NCBI GenBank assembly: GCA_043228905.1
Contig: JBHGNT010000021.1
Coordinates: 12,648,001-12,712,000, forward strand
Reading direction: 5' to 3'
Source: Azolla caroliniana
Taxonomy: Eukaryota; Plantae; Polypodiophyta
Length of the DNA stretch: 64,000 nt
The position numbers and the translations under genes are program-made. The notes beneath the pieces were generated by a model, which saw nothing but the letters and a program-made list of their open reading frames with translations, had not been told where the DNA came from and ran no database searches. Positions 10,651 to 24,962 of this stretch are shown here, piece by piece; the stretch's first letter is position 1; each line of letters begins with the position of its first letter.

Positions 10651-12606
10651 TAAATGGATGGGAAAGGAAGCACATGTATGGATAAGCGATATGTTTAATG
10701 ATGCATTGCAACATGGTATGTCGTACGATTGGACTACAAATTGGATCAAACCTTTACATAAAGGTGGAGATGTAAATAATGTAAACAACTATCGAACCAT
10801 CATGGTTGGCTCATTAATGGCAAAACTGTTTGGATGTATAATGGAATTAAAGATAAGTGTATGGGCTGAAAAAAATGGTAAGAGAGCTTATGGACAAGCT
10901 GGCTTTCGAAAACACCATAGCACCATTGATCATCTTGTCACATTTCGAGTATTAATGGGGGAAAATCGCCTTAGAGGTAAAGGTTTATATTGTTGCTTTG
11001 TAGACTTCAAGAAAGCTTTTGATATGGTACCTCGTGAGCATCTTTGGAGGCGAATGGAAGAACTTGAGGTGCCAAGGGAATATATGCTTGCAATTTCCCG
11101 AATTTATGAGAAGGTTATATGTTGTGTGCATATGAGAGATAAATTTTCAGATTTTTTCAAAAGCACTATTGGTGTTAAGCAAGGATGCCCACTCTCACCA
11201 ACACTATTTGGTCTATGCATTGATGATTTGGAAGAAATGGTTACCAAGTTTGCAAAGGAAGAATGTGTTGAAGAAGTTGCCATTGGGAATGTTGTGATTA
11301 TGCTTTAAAAAGTTATATGAAGATGATGTAGTCCTTTTTGCAAATACTTTAGGAGATGCACAAAAGCTTATGAAGGCATTGGAAAAAATTTGCATGCATA
11401 CTAAATTAAGTGTCAATAGCTCTAAAACAAAGATTATGCTTGTGAAGAGCCAAAAAAGAGATAAACCATGCATTATATACAACAATGAGCCACTTGAATG
11501 TGTGGAAAGCTTCAAATATCTTGGCCTTGAAGTTCCTTCAAATCATAGATGGAATGAATGTGCTACACGCCGCTTAGAGGCGGGTAAGCGAGCATACTAT
11601 GCATTTGAGAACACATGCAATCTTGGAGATATTAAGTGTTGGGTCCTCAAAAAATATCTTTTCGACACTTTGATGACGCCGGTTCTTCTCTATGGGGTGG
11701 AAGTATGGGGCGGTAACATCCCTAAATCTATGTGGAAAGAGTTTGAAAATGTCCAAAAACATTTTCTTACAAAGTTTCTACAAGTTAAGAAACAAACGCC
11801 CTACGCCCTCCTCCTCCTTGTTGCTTCCCATTGAGATCATGGCCATGGAAAGGGTTGTTGAATACATGCTTAAGGTTCAAAAACGTCCCTCACATCGACT
11901 TCCTAAAATTGCATGGGAAGCAAACTAAAAGATCCAAGAGACGCATAAAAGCAAAATTTTGTGTTCCAGTTGGATGCAAGATATAGAAAAATGGTTTGGT
12001 AGATGGGATGTGAGGCACTTGCTTCATGATGCAGCATTAGATTCCTCTGTAAATGAGGCCTTTTTGCAACGCCAATGTATAATGACATGGGACAAATGTG
12101 GAGGCTCACGCTTCACACATTATACTACACATGTTGCACCTAACTACAAAACCATATTCTTTGAGGAACAGGGAAATTGTACACATCGATACATGTTAGA
12201 GCCCATCCCGTTATCTGCCATTCGAACCATGGCTTCCATGCGACTTAGCTCACATGCATTGCGATGTGAGACAGGGCGTTGGGGAACAAGTGATAAGAGT
12301 GGTCGGCTATGCACACTTTGCCCTAAACAAGTTCGCGAGTCTGAGTATCACACTTTGATACAATGCTCTGCCTTTGATCATATTCGACCATGCTTTCTAC
12401 ATCTCTTCGACCGAGCCCAATCCTTGCATGAATTCCTCTCACAACCACAGTGTGCACTCTCAATTGCAACATTCATTGGTAAAGTTCTTGAACATCGAGA
12501 GTCACTACTCACTTTCACACGTATCACGTGAAATGTAATATTTTTGGTCTCATAGGTCATATTTGACCTCCGAAGAAGATAATATAATCTATCTATCTAT
12601 CTATCT
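10651..12606 (+). mobile_element. 5'-truncated non-LTR retrotransposon (RTE-X/L2-like LINE) with RT, C-terminal CCHC finger and (ATCT)n tail
   Basis: RT motifs NYRTI, QAGFR, FVDFKKAFD, GVKQGCPLSP, LYEDD, FKYLG; ETGRW...RLCTLC...ESEYHTLIQC; tail ATCTATCTATCTATCTATCT at about 12587-12606. Confidence 0.92.
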
Positions 12607-14878
12607 CTCGCACACAACAAAAAGGAGTAATAGCATCCAAATTTTGCTTGTTTAGATAATAATGAGTCTTTTACAAAAGAACAATCCAAGAAATACCATA
12701 AATACAATGGTTTTTACACAAGATTAATAGGATTAACAATAAATAAAATGATAAGGTGCAATCAAGCTTCCGGTGTAGATCAAATTTTGGTGGTTTCAAC
12801 GAGACCCCAACTACTATCAATATAATGGCACCTCTTATTGAAGTAGTGTTCGCGGGCCACTTGATGCTCCCTTCTACGACTGGTGGCCCAACCGACCGAA
12901 CCATTTTCTCTGAAGCGGTTGACACGCAAAACTCTATCCGTGGTGTAGAAGAAGACCAAAAAACCTTGAAATTCAAAGGGGGATGGAGAAGAAAAAGTGA
13001 GAATGAACGAAAAATATACCTTAAACATGAAAATCCTTGAATGATCGATCTCATCAAAATGCCAAAGAAGAACTCCTTCCTCTCCCCAATCCCCAAAAAC
13101 GGATAGCTCTTTTATATACTCAACGCCCCTTGTACATAATTACCAGCACTAACCACTGAGCCATTTACTTCTTATTCTTGTACTTATTTCATTATCATAA
13201 TTATACAATCCTTTGTTTGCCCCTTTCCCTATTTTTCTACCTTCAAACATGCCACATTACGACGACAACGTGAGGCATTCAAGAGTAAGAAGTTAGAAAG
13301 AGTCACGATAATGTTAGTGAACAAAGTTTTCGATTACTCAAATAACAAACTTACCATAGAAAATTAAACTTTGTTCTTTCCAACCATAATATGTTGTGAG
13401 TTGTAACAATTTGGGGTCAACATTATTTAATCAAATGCAAATTCTAAGAAAATATTTAACGACCAATGTAATGGTAACACATTGAGTGAGAGCGTTTTGA
13501 TCAAAATAGAACAAGCAAAAATCGTGTATATATAATATGGCAAAATGTGAGAAATCAAAAGTTGATGCACCTATCCACTACCCTGCGTAAAGGAATAGGA
13601 TCTAGACAATCTATACAATGACCTGATTCCAACTTCGAACACATTTTATGAATAGTTTTCTTGAGGGTAGATAACTAATATTAGCGAAGCTCGGGCGAGT
13701 TGGATATATATTTTACCTAAGCATCAAAGCCAAAAGTTAGTCCATTAAAGCAATAAGAGCATTGGAAATTGCCTTATTGAGCATTGAAGTACAACACAAC
13801 CTAAACCATTAAACCTCTTTTGTCAATGGAGTTAAGGTTGGATGAGTGAGATTCTTATTTATTATGAGGTACATACAAATGGAGAAACCGACATGAGGTT
13901 TTCGATGATTATGCAAAAGATATAGAAATCAAAAATCACATGGTCATGAAGAAATGAAAACATAGTGAAAGATAACATTGAGAAAGGGAGAGAGGCCAAG
14001 ACAACTAAAAATCTGTTACAAATCTCGGCTCTAAGGATTTCAAGAAGCAATAGATGGCTTCATTCACCCATTCAATCTAGCGAGCTTCAATGGTGACAAT
14101 AATTGATGGTGGCAAATGTTGGATGGTGACAATAATTGATGTTTAATCAATATGGAAGCATGCTTTATGTATGTGAGAAACCTAACACCCATGTAGATGT
14201 GGTTAAGAATCCTAATTGAAAGGAGTGTAGATGAGAGCCCCAATATAACTTATCTTAAGGAAATTGGGTGATATAGGATTTGGATCCATTAATTAATGTC
14301 ACCTTATAAACAACATGGTCTAAATTGGGTATCCGATAATCTTTTAATCACCATCATGGATTCTCTTTATATAGGATCTTACAAAGTTGAAGATCAATAA
14401 GACAACGTTGATGTCATTTTTTGAGGATTTTTTTTAAAATTACTCAAATGGTAAATATAAATAAAGGTTTACTTTACAAAACTTTAATAAACTCGTTAGA
14501 ATCTTAATTAAAGTTAAGCCAAATTAAAGAGGAAAAATAAGGAAGAAAAGCGCATTCCACTCAACCACCCCCTAACAAAGGTGAGAGATGGATCAAAGTC
14601 CCTCGCCGGTGTCTTATACCACTGTGTACAGACATGGATCATACCTTGGGTTTGAAGAAGAAAGAGGAATACATGTATGAAGTTAGAGCTTTGTCAGACT
14701 GTCAAAGTCTCTATCTCAAAAAAATAAAGACGAGAGATCCCCCTTCATGAAGATAGTTAGTCTTCTTATATACACTCAAACCCTAGGCCATTGTCTATTT
14801 CACACTCTCTAAACCTCACCCTTCATCATTACAAATTAGCCCACAAGTACAATTACGGTTATGCTTGTAGCACCCCCC

Positions 14879-14880
<2 letters not shown>

Positions 14881-14923
<43 letters not shown>
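14881..14923. repeat. (CT)n microsatellite
   Basis: Directly visible. Confidence 0.95.
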
Positions 14924-14927
<4 letters not shown>

Positions 14928-15399
14928 GTAACATTTTTCTTAAAAGGGCATGACCATATTTTTCTAACTTTTCAAGTGTTGATATGCCACTAGTTTTGTC
15001 AAAAAATTCACTTGCATGACTCTTGTAGAAGTAAATAATATAATAGCAATTCTTAGCTTCTACAAGTCACAATAAAACGATCATATGCTCTAATATACTT
15101 ATTTTCATCAGTGATTTTCAGATTTGTTGCTAGCTTTATGCATGTTCGATTGTCACAATATAGGGGTGTGGAGGCGACAGAGGGAACATTATTCCTAACC
15201 TCAATTTTACCAAATGGAAAGGATTGGTTTAATTATAAATTACGATGCTATGTTAACCACACAAAAAAAGTAATGAATTTTTAGGACAATTAGGTCAAGA
15301 TTTATGGCTAGAAGTTTACACAAGAGTGGAATAATATCCAATGACTATTACTGCTGCAATACCCTATTGCACAAGTTCATAACTCTAGTTTGGAGGTGG

Positions 15400-15720
15400 A
15401 CGTGTCCAACAAACAAGTTTTTAGATCAAGTTAAAACCAATGAGGTATATAATAGACTAATATCCAAATCAGAATGGGTGTCGGAGAGGGTCACCTAGGA
15501 ATGGGGTTTTAGTAAGCCCATCATGTGGAAGAAGCAAGTAGTAGAGTTAAGATGGAGATCTCGTCTTTCATTTCATGCTACAGGGGTTATTTGGAGAGTT
15601 TTGGTGGGGGGAACTAGCCATAGGCAGTGCATGAAGGGAAATATTGTTGACAGAACATGTTTTTTTTTGTACGGTGCCATTGGATCATAGTGCACATCAT
15701 CTTTTATACTAATGGCCAAT
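15400..15720 (+). mobile_element. Highly decayed L1-type LINE ORF2 C-terminal remnant
   Basis: Trp-rich reading (VYNRLI...W...W...VIWRVL...C) reminiscent of the zf-RVT region; many stops. Confidence 0.3.
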
Positions 15721-16818
15721 TTTGGTATGGAAATGTAGGTTTCTTTATAACTTAGGTGTAGAATTTAAAAAGTGAATGTAGGATTTAGTGCATCTCTAGA
15801 GTTGGAACACAACATAGCGGCTCACTTTTGGCCAAGCTCGTTATGGGTATGTTAATCATATTTGTTCTGGTCTCATGAAAGGCCCTCAGTGCTAAACTTG
15901 CCTTATTCAATGAAGTGAGGACAAACACAAATTTGCTTAAACAATGCACTGAAGCCATTCCTACATATTCAAATCGGTGTCATTTAATCAATACTTCTTC
16001 CAACATTTCTCCGAATAATTCAGTAGCTTTTTCTTAAGTTGGTCACAAAAGACTTCAGATTTTGGCCACAAACCAAAACAATGTTTTTATTGAAATCCAA
16101 AGTTCACACTTTTCATTGATGCACATTGTGCACCAATGGCATTTCCTCATCCTCTTTCTGAATTGTTTTGCCAACACTTAGTATACATTCTCCAAGTTGT
16201 GTTACCCATTGTGTTTTCAATAATTCTCTAGTAGACTAGTTACCCATTTTAGCGAGCAAGAAACGCCTGCTGGCATTCCTTAACTATGTAAGGGTTTCTA
16301 TCATCTCAATTCTTATGAAAAAACATCAAATTTGGTACACTAACGAAATATATTAATATAAATAGTAGAGAATATAAAATCAGTAACTTTCAAACACAAA
16401 TTAACTGAAGGCTTCCATTCTCTCAATAAACATTTCAATGTTTTAATCCCAATGCTACTAAAATTGGGCAGTTGGGGATGGGATAATTTTCTCCGCATTA
16501 CATGAGCTACAGCTTCTGGAAACAGCATTGTTAACTACAAATAGTTGCTCCATCTCATTTGCCCTTAAAATCCTCAATGGTGTGATATAACAATCAAAAT
16601 CCACACTATCCCACCATACTATCCCAATGAATAGTTTGTGATTTCAAATTCAACAGTCATCCCTTGAATGCGATTTCCCAACAGCTGACATTTTCTCTTT
16701 GTCACTTTCAAATAAAAACACAAGAACATCGCAGCTGGAGCTTTTCTATATATTAGATGGCCCAATCTTGCCCCTTCTTGCTACACCATAAGTTTAAGCA
16801 ACAATGACATGGAGATCA

Positions 16819-19755
16819 TTATGAATATTCAAAGACCATGGCTTTGGCGACACTTAAAGCTCTCTCTTTCCCAAAAAATTTATCGACAATGCATAGTGCA
16901 AACTCCATAGTTGTACCAGGACCTCGGCTTGTGATAGTGTACCCATCAACAACTACCCTTGACTTTGCAGCTGTTTTATTTGGAAGATTTTTCACAAATG
17001 CAGGATGACAAGTAGCTTTCTTTCCCTGAAAATTGTACCATAAAAGTCAAGTAGTTTATAACGTGCCCTAAAGGTTTTGCATATTTACCAGTAGCCCACG
17101 TTTTCTGTAATATAAACAAACTGGGGGGTATCTTGGTTATTTTTTAAAACCAAGTAATCCTTACTGGTGAATAACCCTACCTAAATTTGAGGCATATTTT
17201 GGTCAATTTCGGACATTGTTTTCGGAACTAAAAGGCATTATCATTTTTAACAAGCAAAAACAATTGGGAGCGTGTTGGTGTTTTACCATGATGTTTAATG
17301 CTTAACATGATAAACAAATTAGTGAAGAAAAAAACAAACCTTCAACCATCCATGTGCATCTAATACAACAACTGGAGCAGCACAAATGGCACCAATTGGC
17401 TTATTATCCTCTATTTGTTTCTCTAGCATCTTTTGCAAAGCTTCACAGTCCCGTAGCCTCTCCGATCCTGGCAAACCCCCCTGGTTAAAGAATTCGAACA
17501 AATCAAGCAGAAAAAGAAGAAAAATTAAAACAATTTCCAAAAATATTACATTCCAAAAACCTGCTCATGTTCTTTCTAAGAAATTCATCATATATAGCAA
17601 AAGAAAAGAAAATATCATGTTCCAACAAACCAAATCAAGCAGATAACGAAAGAAATCTAAGTTATCACATCCAAGCTTCATCAAATCATAATATATACAA
17701 TACCGGTAGGATTATAATATCGAAAGTCGAGTTTTTTACATCCCAGATAAGCTTGTCGGCAATTATTTTAACATTTCTCGAAGCTTCAATGGAGATATCA
17801 TCTTCTACAGAGGCCAGGGTGACTTTCATACCAGCTCTCCGAAGAACATCAGTAATGATAACAGATTCCATTTCCTCGGACCCATTAGCGATCGGAACCA
17901 AAACCTGTCAAGGAAAAAACAGTAATCCATCCCTCATTTATCATAATAAACTATAGGAATATTTTGCTTCTGGAAAAAAAAATGGTATTTTAATGTCTAA
18001 TTTCCAATCATAATAATAAATGGGATGCTAGACAATAGACAAAGATTCTTACGTGTGGAACGCCAAGCATTTTCCAATCTTGAAAATTAAATTCTTGCTT
18101 CAAATTTTCATGCCGACTCCTAGATCCCAAGACCTACATAAGGAGGCCAACATAGATTATATATATGAGCTCCTTAACACTGAAAATATAAGATTATATG
18201 AATACCTCACTCTGAAAATGTTTTCTAATTCATGTTCTGTTTGACTCAATCTAAAGAATATTTATTCACTCCATGTTTTGAAGAGGTTTTGAAAGCGTAC
18301 CAAAGGTTTGAGGACCTCCTCATACTTCTTCACGCCATACAACTTATCAACAAAAGTGAGTGCGAAATCAAACACCGTGCCCGGACCCCGACTTGTGATT
18401 ATACACCCATCTTCTTCCACCGCTGCATTTGTCAAGAAAGTCGGACTCATGCTATCCATGAATCCTGGATGACATGTTGCCTGCGAATCCATAAACAATA
18501 TCCATAAAAAAGATATTAATTTCAACATTGTATTAATGGGGCATATCCATAACATACAATATCCCGAGAAACTAGACATGAGGTCAGAGGTCCAATACAA
18601 CAATATAAACTTAAAGAGTTCACTTCAGCAATTTAAGTGGTTTTTAGATATCCAAAAGCGATGGAGCTTCAAGTTTCAACCATTTTATGAAATCTACATA
18701 ACCATATACAATTTATGCACAACATGTGCACCTTCCGGTCTTCCAATAAGCCCCATTCTTGGAGAACAATAGCTGGGGCAGCACAAATAGCACCGACAAG
18801 CTTTCCTTGTTGAACTTGTTCCGTAGTCATTTTCTTCAACATTTCGTTCTCTCGAAGACGAGCTGACCCCGGCATACCACCCTAAAGAGGTACCCAATAT
18901 ACAAAAATATTTTGATAAGAACAATAAAATCAATTCTGTAACTGAAGGATTCCAATATGCATATCCTTATCCTAAAAGGAAAATATGATAAGTACCCTCT
19001 TTCAAAAGAGTATTAACCAACTAACCAGCTAACTAACTAATCCAAAAATACCTCATTGGTATGGATACAAAGGTCCAGTTTAAAATAGGCATACTGGGAG
19101 AGCGATGAGGTCGAAAGGTTCTCTGACGCACGATGAGATGTGTATATCTGCCTCTAACTTTACCCTCCGTGAGGCCTCAATTTGGAGTTCTTTCTCGACA
19201 GATGCAAGAATGACATCTGCGCCAGCTCTCCTCAAAATGTCCACTATCACAACTGCCTCTATTTCTTCAGTTCCAATACCGATGGGAACAAGTACCTTAT
19301 ATACACCAAAGGAGAGAAATAGAATCAATTCTATATACACAAAAGCGATGAAACAATAGCCATGGTAACAAGTATGCACATGTCAAGGCAGATGAGTGAT
19401 CAACGTATAACACAAAGAGGTCAAGTACGTATCTATGGAAAAAACACAGTACCTTATATAGCAATGTGGAGAAAAGGGTTGAGTTTATGAGCAAATAATA
19501 CCGAAAAGGACTGGGTTTATCAAGAAAAAAACAAAGCACCTTATAGAGAGAGAACTCATAAATCTACAAGTTTCCATTCTCTTTATAATCTGTCTCTCTC
19601 ACAGCACACACCTTCTTTCGAGGTAAAGACAATGCAGAAGCTCCTGCTGGTGATGCTGAGTGTACGAGTGAAGGAGACCTTCTTCCATGGTAGGCGCAGG
19701 AAGGAAGAGGAAGAGAGCAGGAGGGGTATTGCAGAGGGAGAAGAGTTGCAGCCAT
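16819..19755 (-). CDS. DJ-1/PfpI family protein with two domains and a likely plastid transit peptide (DJ-1C/DJ-1B-like glyoxalase III), 434 aa. Exons 19755-19612, 19295-19095, 18881-18732, 18480-18301, 18133-18053, 17904-17704, 17480-17340, 17025-16819
   Basis: All introns are GT-AG and phase 0, giving an open spliced frame. Motifs [13 protein letters not shown] / [20 protein letters not shown] / LPGGLPG, GAICAAP twice, ATCHP twice, TSRGPGT twice; Ser/Pro/Ala-rich exon 1. Confidence 0.95.
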
Positions 19756-19785
19756 GGCTTTCTTCTGCTGCTGAAGCTGCCCCCC

Positions 19786-19830
19786 TTCTTCTTCTTCTTC
19801 TTCTTCTTCTTCTTCTTCTCCTTCTTCTTC
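19786..19830. repeat. (GAA)n/(CTT)n microsatellite in the 5' leader of the DJ-1 gene
   Basis: Directly visible about 30 nt upstream of the ATG. Confidence 0.9.
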
Positions 19831-21226
19831 TATCCTAAATCAGGGACTCTTTTTAGTCAATTTGCATTTCTTGATGTAGAATTATTTCCTTGTTTGGAAA
19901 TATAGGGCCCTTTATAGTGAAGCTCATCTAAATTTTTATAAGCATTAGTGAGGCTAGGATTAGGAAGGCTCCTCTCCCATTCATAGTGAAGCTCATCTAA
20001 GTTTACCCACACGGGTGGCTCTCACTAGACTTAGAGGGTCTAGATATTAGTCGTCTGGCCTCGCCTCGCCTACCAATCTTGCCATAAAGAGAGAAGAAGA
20101 CTCTACCAGTCAAGAAGTGTGCTTTAGAGGAAAACCCTGAAAACCTGGGTATATTTTGGCGCCACTATTGGTGATACTAGAATGAGTCATGACACTTGAA
20201 GCTTTCGCTAGTCCTCAAGCCAAAGTCTTGTAGAGAGCAATAGTGCGATCAGAAGCAAGATGGGTAGACAAATTGTTAATATTCATGGGATTTCGGAATG
20301 ATTGGGTTAGAATGGAATACTCTGAAATAAAAATTGTTTCCTCCATTGCCCCAACCCCACCAATTAGTTTGTAATAATCACAGTTATTTTCCTTTAATGT
20401 TTCTCATTAGCATTATTTCATAATAAACCTTTCACCTTTTATTTTATCTCTTCTCACACTAACCTCTTTTGTTCTTGTGTCATATTTAACTAGTTGTCAT
20501 GTTCACCAACCTAGCAAGTACTTATTCTAAGAACTTTACTCCTTTAAACTAGTCACCATTCACCCTCATTCATTACTTCGTAAGATCCGGCCCTACTAAT
20601 TGAAAAACATGAACCAACAGATACTAGGAAACCCCTGCAATATGAGGCTATATAAGGAAAATGAAAAACCAATGCCGCTCTAATGTGGTTGCAATGTCCC
20701 AAGAAATCTAGTAATTGATAAGCTTGATAGTATGAGGGTGGCAAGAGATTCAACTATCACATACCTAGTAATGAAAATGGTAAAACCGCCCAAATTTGCA
20801 AGAGGAAGCCAATGTCAATGGCAAAATAGGATACCCATGACCACATCAAACAATTGAAGCAAGTCTTTCAGCCCTATGAACCCTTTGTAGACATAACTTA
20901 AGTGGGTGGTGACCTTCGAGCTAATGTTTGATGACCAAGTGGGGATGCGGTTCTAACCTCCCTAAAGATATGGTAAATGATTTCAACTACATAAACGGTG
21001 ACTCCATAAAAACATTTACATGGCAACGAACCAAATGGAACTCCCTCGTTGGACTCTTCTTAGTATAACAAGATGCAACAAAAAATAGTACACAACTACA
21101 TCAAGCATATTAATAAGAATCAATATGATCCCTATGCCCAAACGTGAGATGAAAAACTCCCCACCCTAACTAGCTTCCAAATATCTCATTCATGTAGATC
21201 ATTCTCCAAAGTGGTGAAGAAGGCAT

Positions 21227-23318
21227 TGTTGGCATAAAAGGCCGACTCCTTCCGCTTTGTATCCTAGTGTAAACTCGTCCATATAGTTAGGGCTTAGTAT
21301 ATAAGCAATAACCTAACGTTGTAAAGAAGAGATCACTGGATCATCCTATACATCGAGTCTCTGAGAGAGACAAAGAGAGAACAAAAATAAAGAGAGCTTC
21401 CATTAAAGCTTTATATGTGTGTATCTATCATTTGTTTATATCTTCTTGCCTTCCCTCTACGTTGTTTGCTGAGCATAACCAACAGGTCCTCACATACGTT
21501 TCTACGCATATCTGTCTTTCAATTGGTATCAGAGCAATCCGCGGCTCGGCGGCAACAAACAGCAGAAAAGGCTGAAAGGAAAAAGACTAGGTTAGCAAAT
21601 CTCACTTTCAAAAGAATCATGGCATGCTGAAGTAGACGTTTTCGGCTAGGTGCATTTGCATGGTGGAGCGTGCGATTTCGTCCATTGATCTCCCCATTCA
21701 TTGGCTGACATTGAAGCAGGCTTTTCGGAGTGTTGAATAGCCTCGACCTGTCTTTGAATAATCAATACGTCCTGCATCATCTCCTTCCATACGGCAAAGT
21801 TTTTGCCTTCGAATTTTCAGATCTCAACTCCTATACCGGATGTAAAGAGACGATAACGTTCTCATTATGGGAGAAGCTACAAGCCATGTACGAGAAAAAG
21901 TCCTCATCTTCAAAACTGATCTTGATCAAATAGTTGTTCAACATGAAGCTGAGAGAAACCGATCCGACTACCTCTCACATCAACACCTTCAATTGGGTGT
22001 TGTTAGAACTCTCCTCACAAGGGATCAACTTCGAAGAAGAAGTGAAAGCCCTTGCCCTCCTATCGAGCTTGTCAACGAGTTTGGGAGGTATTCTACATGA
22101 CATACGCCAATAGCCGACCGATCCTAAATCTAGATGAGACGATCGGCCAAGTCCTCACCGAGGACATTCGGTTAAAATCGATGGTACTTACCATTGATGA
22201 ATCGGCAGAAGCCCATCACTCAACTGAGTCGTTCAACCGACAGAGTCGAACAAGAGAACAAGCCGACAGAACTGGTCGGAATACCAACCGATCAAAAACG
22301 AGGGGAGACCGACAGCGATCGAAGTCAAGAACGGGCCGATCAAGTGAATTCTGCACACACTATAGAAAAGTTGGCCACAATGTTTCTTATTGCTGGTCAA
22401 TCAAGAGGAAAGAGAGTGGTCAGCAATCCGAGGGAAATAGAGGACGACCCGACTCGGAGCACTCTCCAGTAGGCAACCAAATCAACGTTGTCGACACCCG
22501 ATCAGGAGAAATCCTTTCTTTTGAGAACTCGATGATCGGAGAAGTCCTCTACACTACACAGGATGCACACACGTGGCTACTAGATTCCGGTGCCACATTC
22601 CACGTGACCCCCAACATTGAATGGTTTGCGAACTATTCAGCGGAGGCCATCGGCACAATCCGACTAGGCAACGGGCAAGAGTGCAAAATCGCAGGGACCG
22701 GAGAAGTTCCCATCCGATTGCCCAATGGCAACATGATCACCCTCCACCGAGTTCGGCACGTACCTGATCTAAAAAGGAGTCTGGTCTCCATCGGCATGCT
22801 AGCCGAAGACGGGTACAAAATGACTCTAAGTGAGTCGGTATGGATGATCAGCCGAGGAAACATGAAGATAGGAGGCAAGCAAAAGTACAATAACTTGTAC
22901 CCAATGATGGCAATCAATCCAAAAGGGGTCGTGAACGTAGCCAAAAAGACCGACCCAAAACTATGGCATGGCAAACTTGGCCATATGTCTCAAGCCAGAC
23001 TTGATCGACTGATGATGGTCGGCTACATCCCGAAACTCCAAGCGAAGATGGACTTCTACGAGCATTGTCGATACAGGAAACAGACCCAAAGTGCACACAC
23101 TCTCCACTACGAGACGGTATGGCAGGCCCTAGAGCTCGTGCACATATATATATGTGGGCCCATGCCAGAGCGATCACTAGGAGGCTCCCGATACTTCATC
23201 ACCTTTGTAGATGACTGTACATGGAAGGTCTAGGCCTACTCGATCAAGTCCAAAGACAAAGCGCTCGAGGTCTTCACTCGGTGGACATCTGAAGTGGAGA
23301 ACCAGTCGGGATACAGAG
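21227..23318 (+). mobile_element. 5' part of a Ty1/copia element: LTR about 21227-21521, PBS 21524-21535, gag, protease, start of integrase
   Basis: TGGTATCAGAGC right after ...TTTCA; LWEKLQAMYEK gag; WLLDSGATFH; LWHGKLGHMS; YFITFVDD; ends at EVENQSGYR. Confidence 0.88.
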
Positions 23319-23553
23319 AACCGACATGCATCAATTTCTAAGTATCAGCTTACCACGGGAAGAGCTAAGCCGAGATGAGCGGAAACGGTTGGCAGTACAG
23401 AGCCGACATTTTTGTTTGGTGCGGGACACTCTATACCACAAGGGAGCCGACGAGATCTGGCGACGGGCGGTCCGAAATGACGATAAGGGCATGGTATTAT
23501 GCGTTGCACACTCCGGAATTGTCGGAGGACACTATGTCAGAGACGCAACAGCC
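23319..23553 (+). mobile_element. Ty3/gypsy integrase N-terminal (zinc-binding) fragment, inverted relative to the rest of its element
   Basis: TDMHQFL...RKRLAVQSRHF...AHSGIVGGHY. Confidence 0.8.
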
Positions 23554-24962
23554 CACTTATCTTCGTTGGACACCATGCCATCTACTACTACCTCCACGGT
23601 AGTTCAGAACAGTTCCGTGTCGGAAACTCATCGCAGACTCCATCGCCGGATTCGCCAAATTCCAACCAGCTTAAGTAATTTGCTACAGCATGTTGTACTT
23701 CGGGTCGGTGGTATATGTCAAAATCGAATTCCTGCAATAATAAGGTCAACCTTGCTAGCTTCCCCGTCAATGACGCTTTTGACACTAGATAAATTAATGT
23801 GGAATGGTCAACATGGAATGAAAATTTCCAGCCTAACAAATGGTGTCGGTACTTTGTGACATTGTACACCATTCCGAAAGCTTCTCTTTTCGTTGTTGAA
23901 TAGTTTCATTCGACTTTGGAAAGTTTCCGGCTTGCATAATATATTGGCTGGTACCACTTTGGCTCTGTAAGTTGCATTAGGACGCTTCCGATAGCCACAT
24001 CCGACACGTCTACAAATACGTGGAAATCATTGGACCAGTCAGGTGGTTGTACCACCGGAGGCTGGGAGAACACGACTTTGAGTGCATGATATGCTTTATC
24101 CTCATGCTTCGTCCACTGGAAGGGTAGTTGGTGCACTGCTACATGCAACGAGGTGGCAAAATCTACTAAGTACCAGAGCATCTGGTTATGCCACCGGATT
24201 TGTCCCAAGAATCGGCTCAAAGCTTTCTCGTTTGTCAGTGTTGGTGCTTTCAAGATTGATTTTACCTTATTCGGGTCCACTGCGATTCCTTCCTTGCTTA
24301 CTATGTGTCCGAGCAACGCTCCACTCGTTACTTCGAATACACACTTCGCCGGATTCAAACTCAATCGAAATCCCTAGCATTTTTCGAGACACATCCAGAG
24401 ATGGTCCAAGTGGTCCTCCTTCCTACTATAAACAGCAAAATCATCAAGAAAGACCTGCATAAAGGTTGGCATGTATTCGCCAAATATTTCCATTATAATC
24501 CTTTGAAATGTTGAAGGTGTCGTTTTTAGCCCAAACAACATGACGACCGCAACAAATACTCCCCATTCTGTTATGAAGGCCATCTTTTCATGGTTGTCCG
24601 GATGCATCCGGATTTGATTATACCCACTGAATTCGTCCAAGAAGTTGTATACCTCATGTCCTGCTACCGCATCCAATACTCCATCCGTAAATGGTAGCGG
24701 AAAGGCATCCGTCACCGTGGTAGTGTTGAGTTTCCGATAATCGACACAAACCTAGATTTTCCCATTCTTTTTGGGAACCGCGACTATTGGACTCAACCTC
24801 GTGACTTGCTTTACCGGTCGGATAAAACCCACTCTAAGAAATTTGTCAATTTCTTCTTTTACCTTCAGCGCATAGTTCAGGTTCATCCGGTACCGTCTTT
24901 GTGCTACCAGTTTAGCATCCGTGTTGAGGTGTATCTGATGCTGGTACAGCTTCAAATCAATG
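23554..24962 (-). mobile_element. Non-chromovirus Ty3/gypsy RT-RNase H fragment
   Basis: VDYRKLN, DAFPLPF, FSGYNQI, FLDD, SLNPAKCVF, FHVFVDVS, IYYASRKL, VDH. Confidence 0.9.

Noticed and set aside
12671-13096. 141-aa ORF with a KPPKFD motif faintly like gypsy gag
   Set aside because: Too little similarity to call without a search.
14600-14875. Possible degenerate PBS (TCTTATACCA) plus LTR on the minus strand
   Set aside because: Mismatched PBS, no second copy and no adjacent coding remnant to support it.
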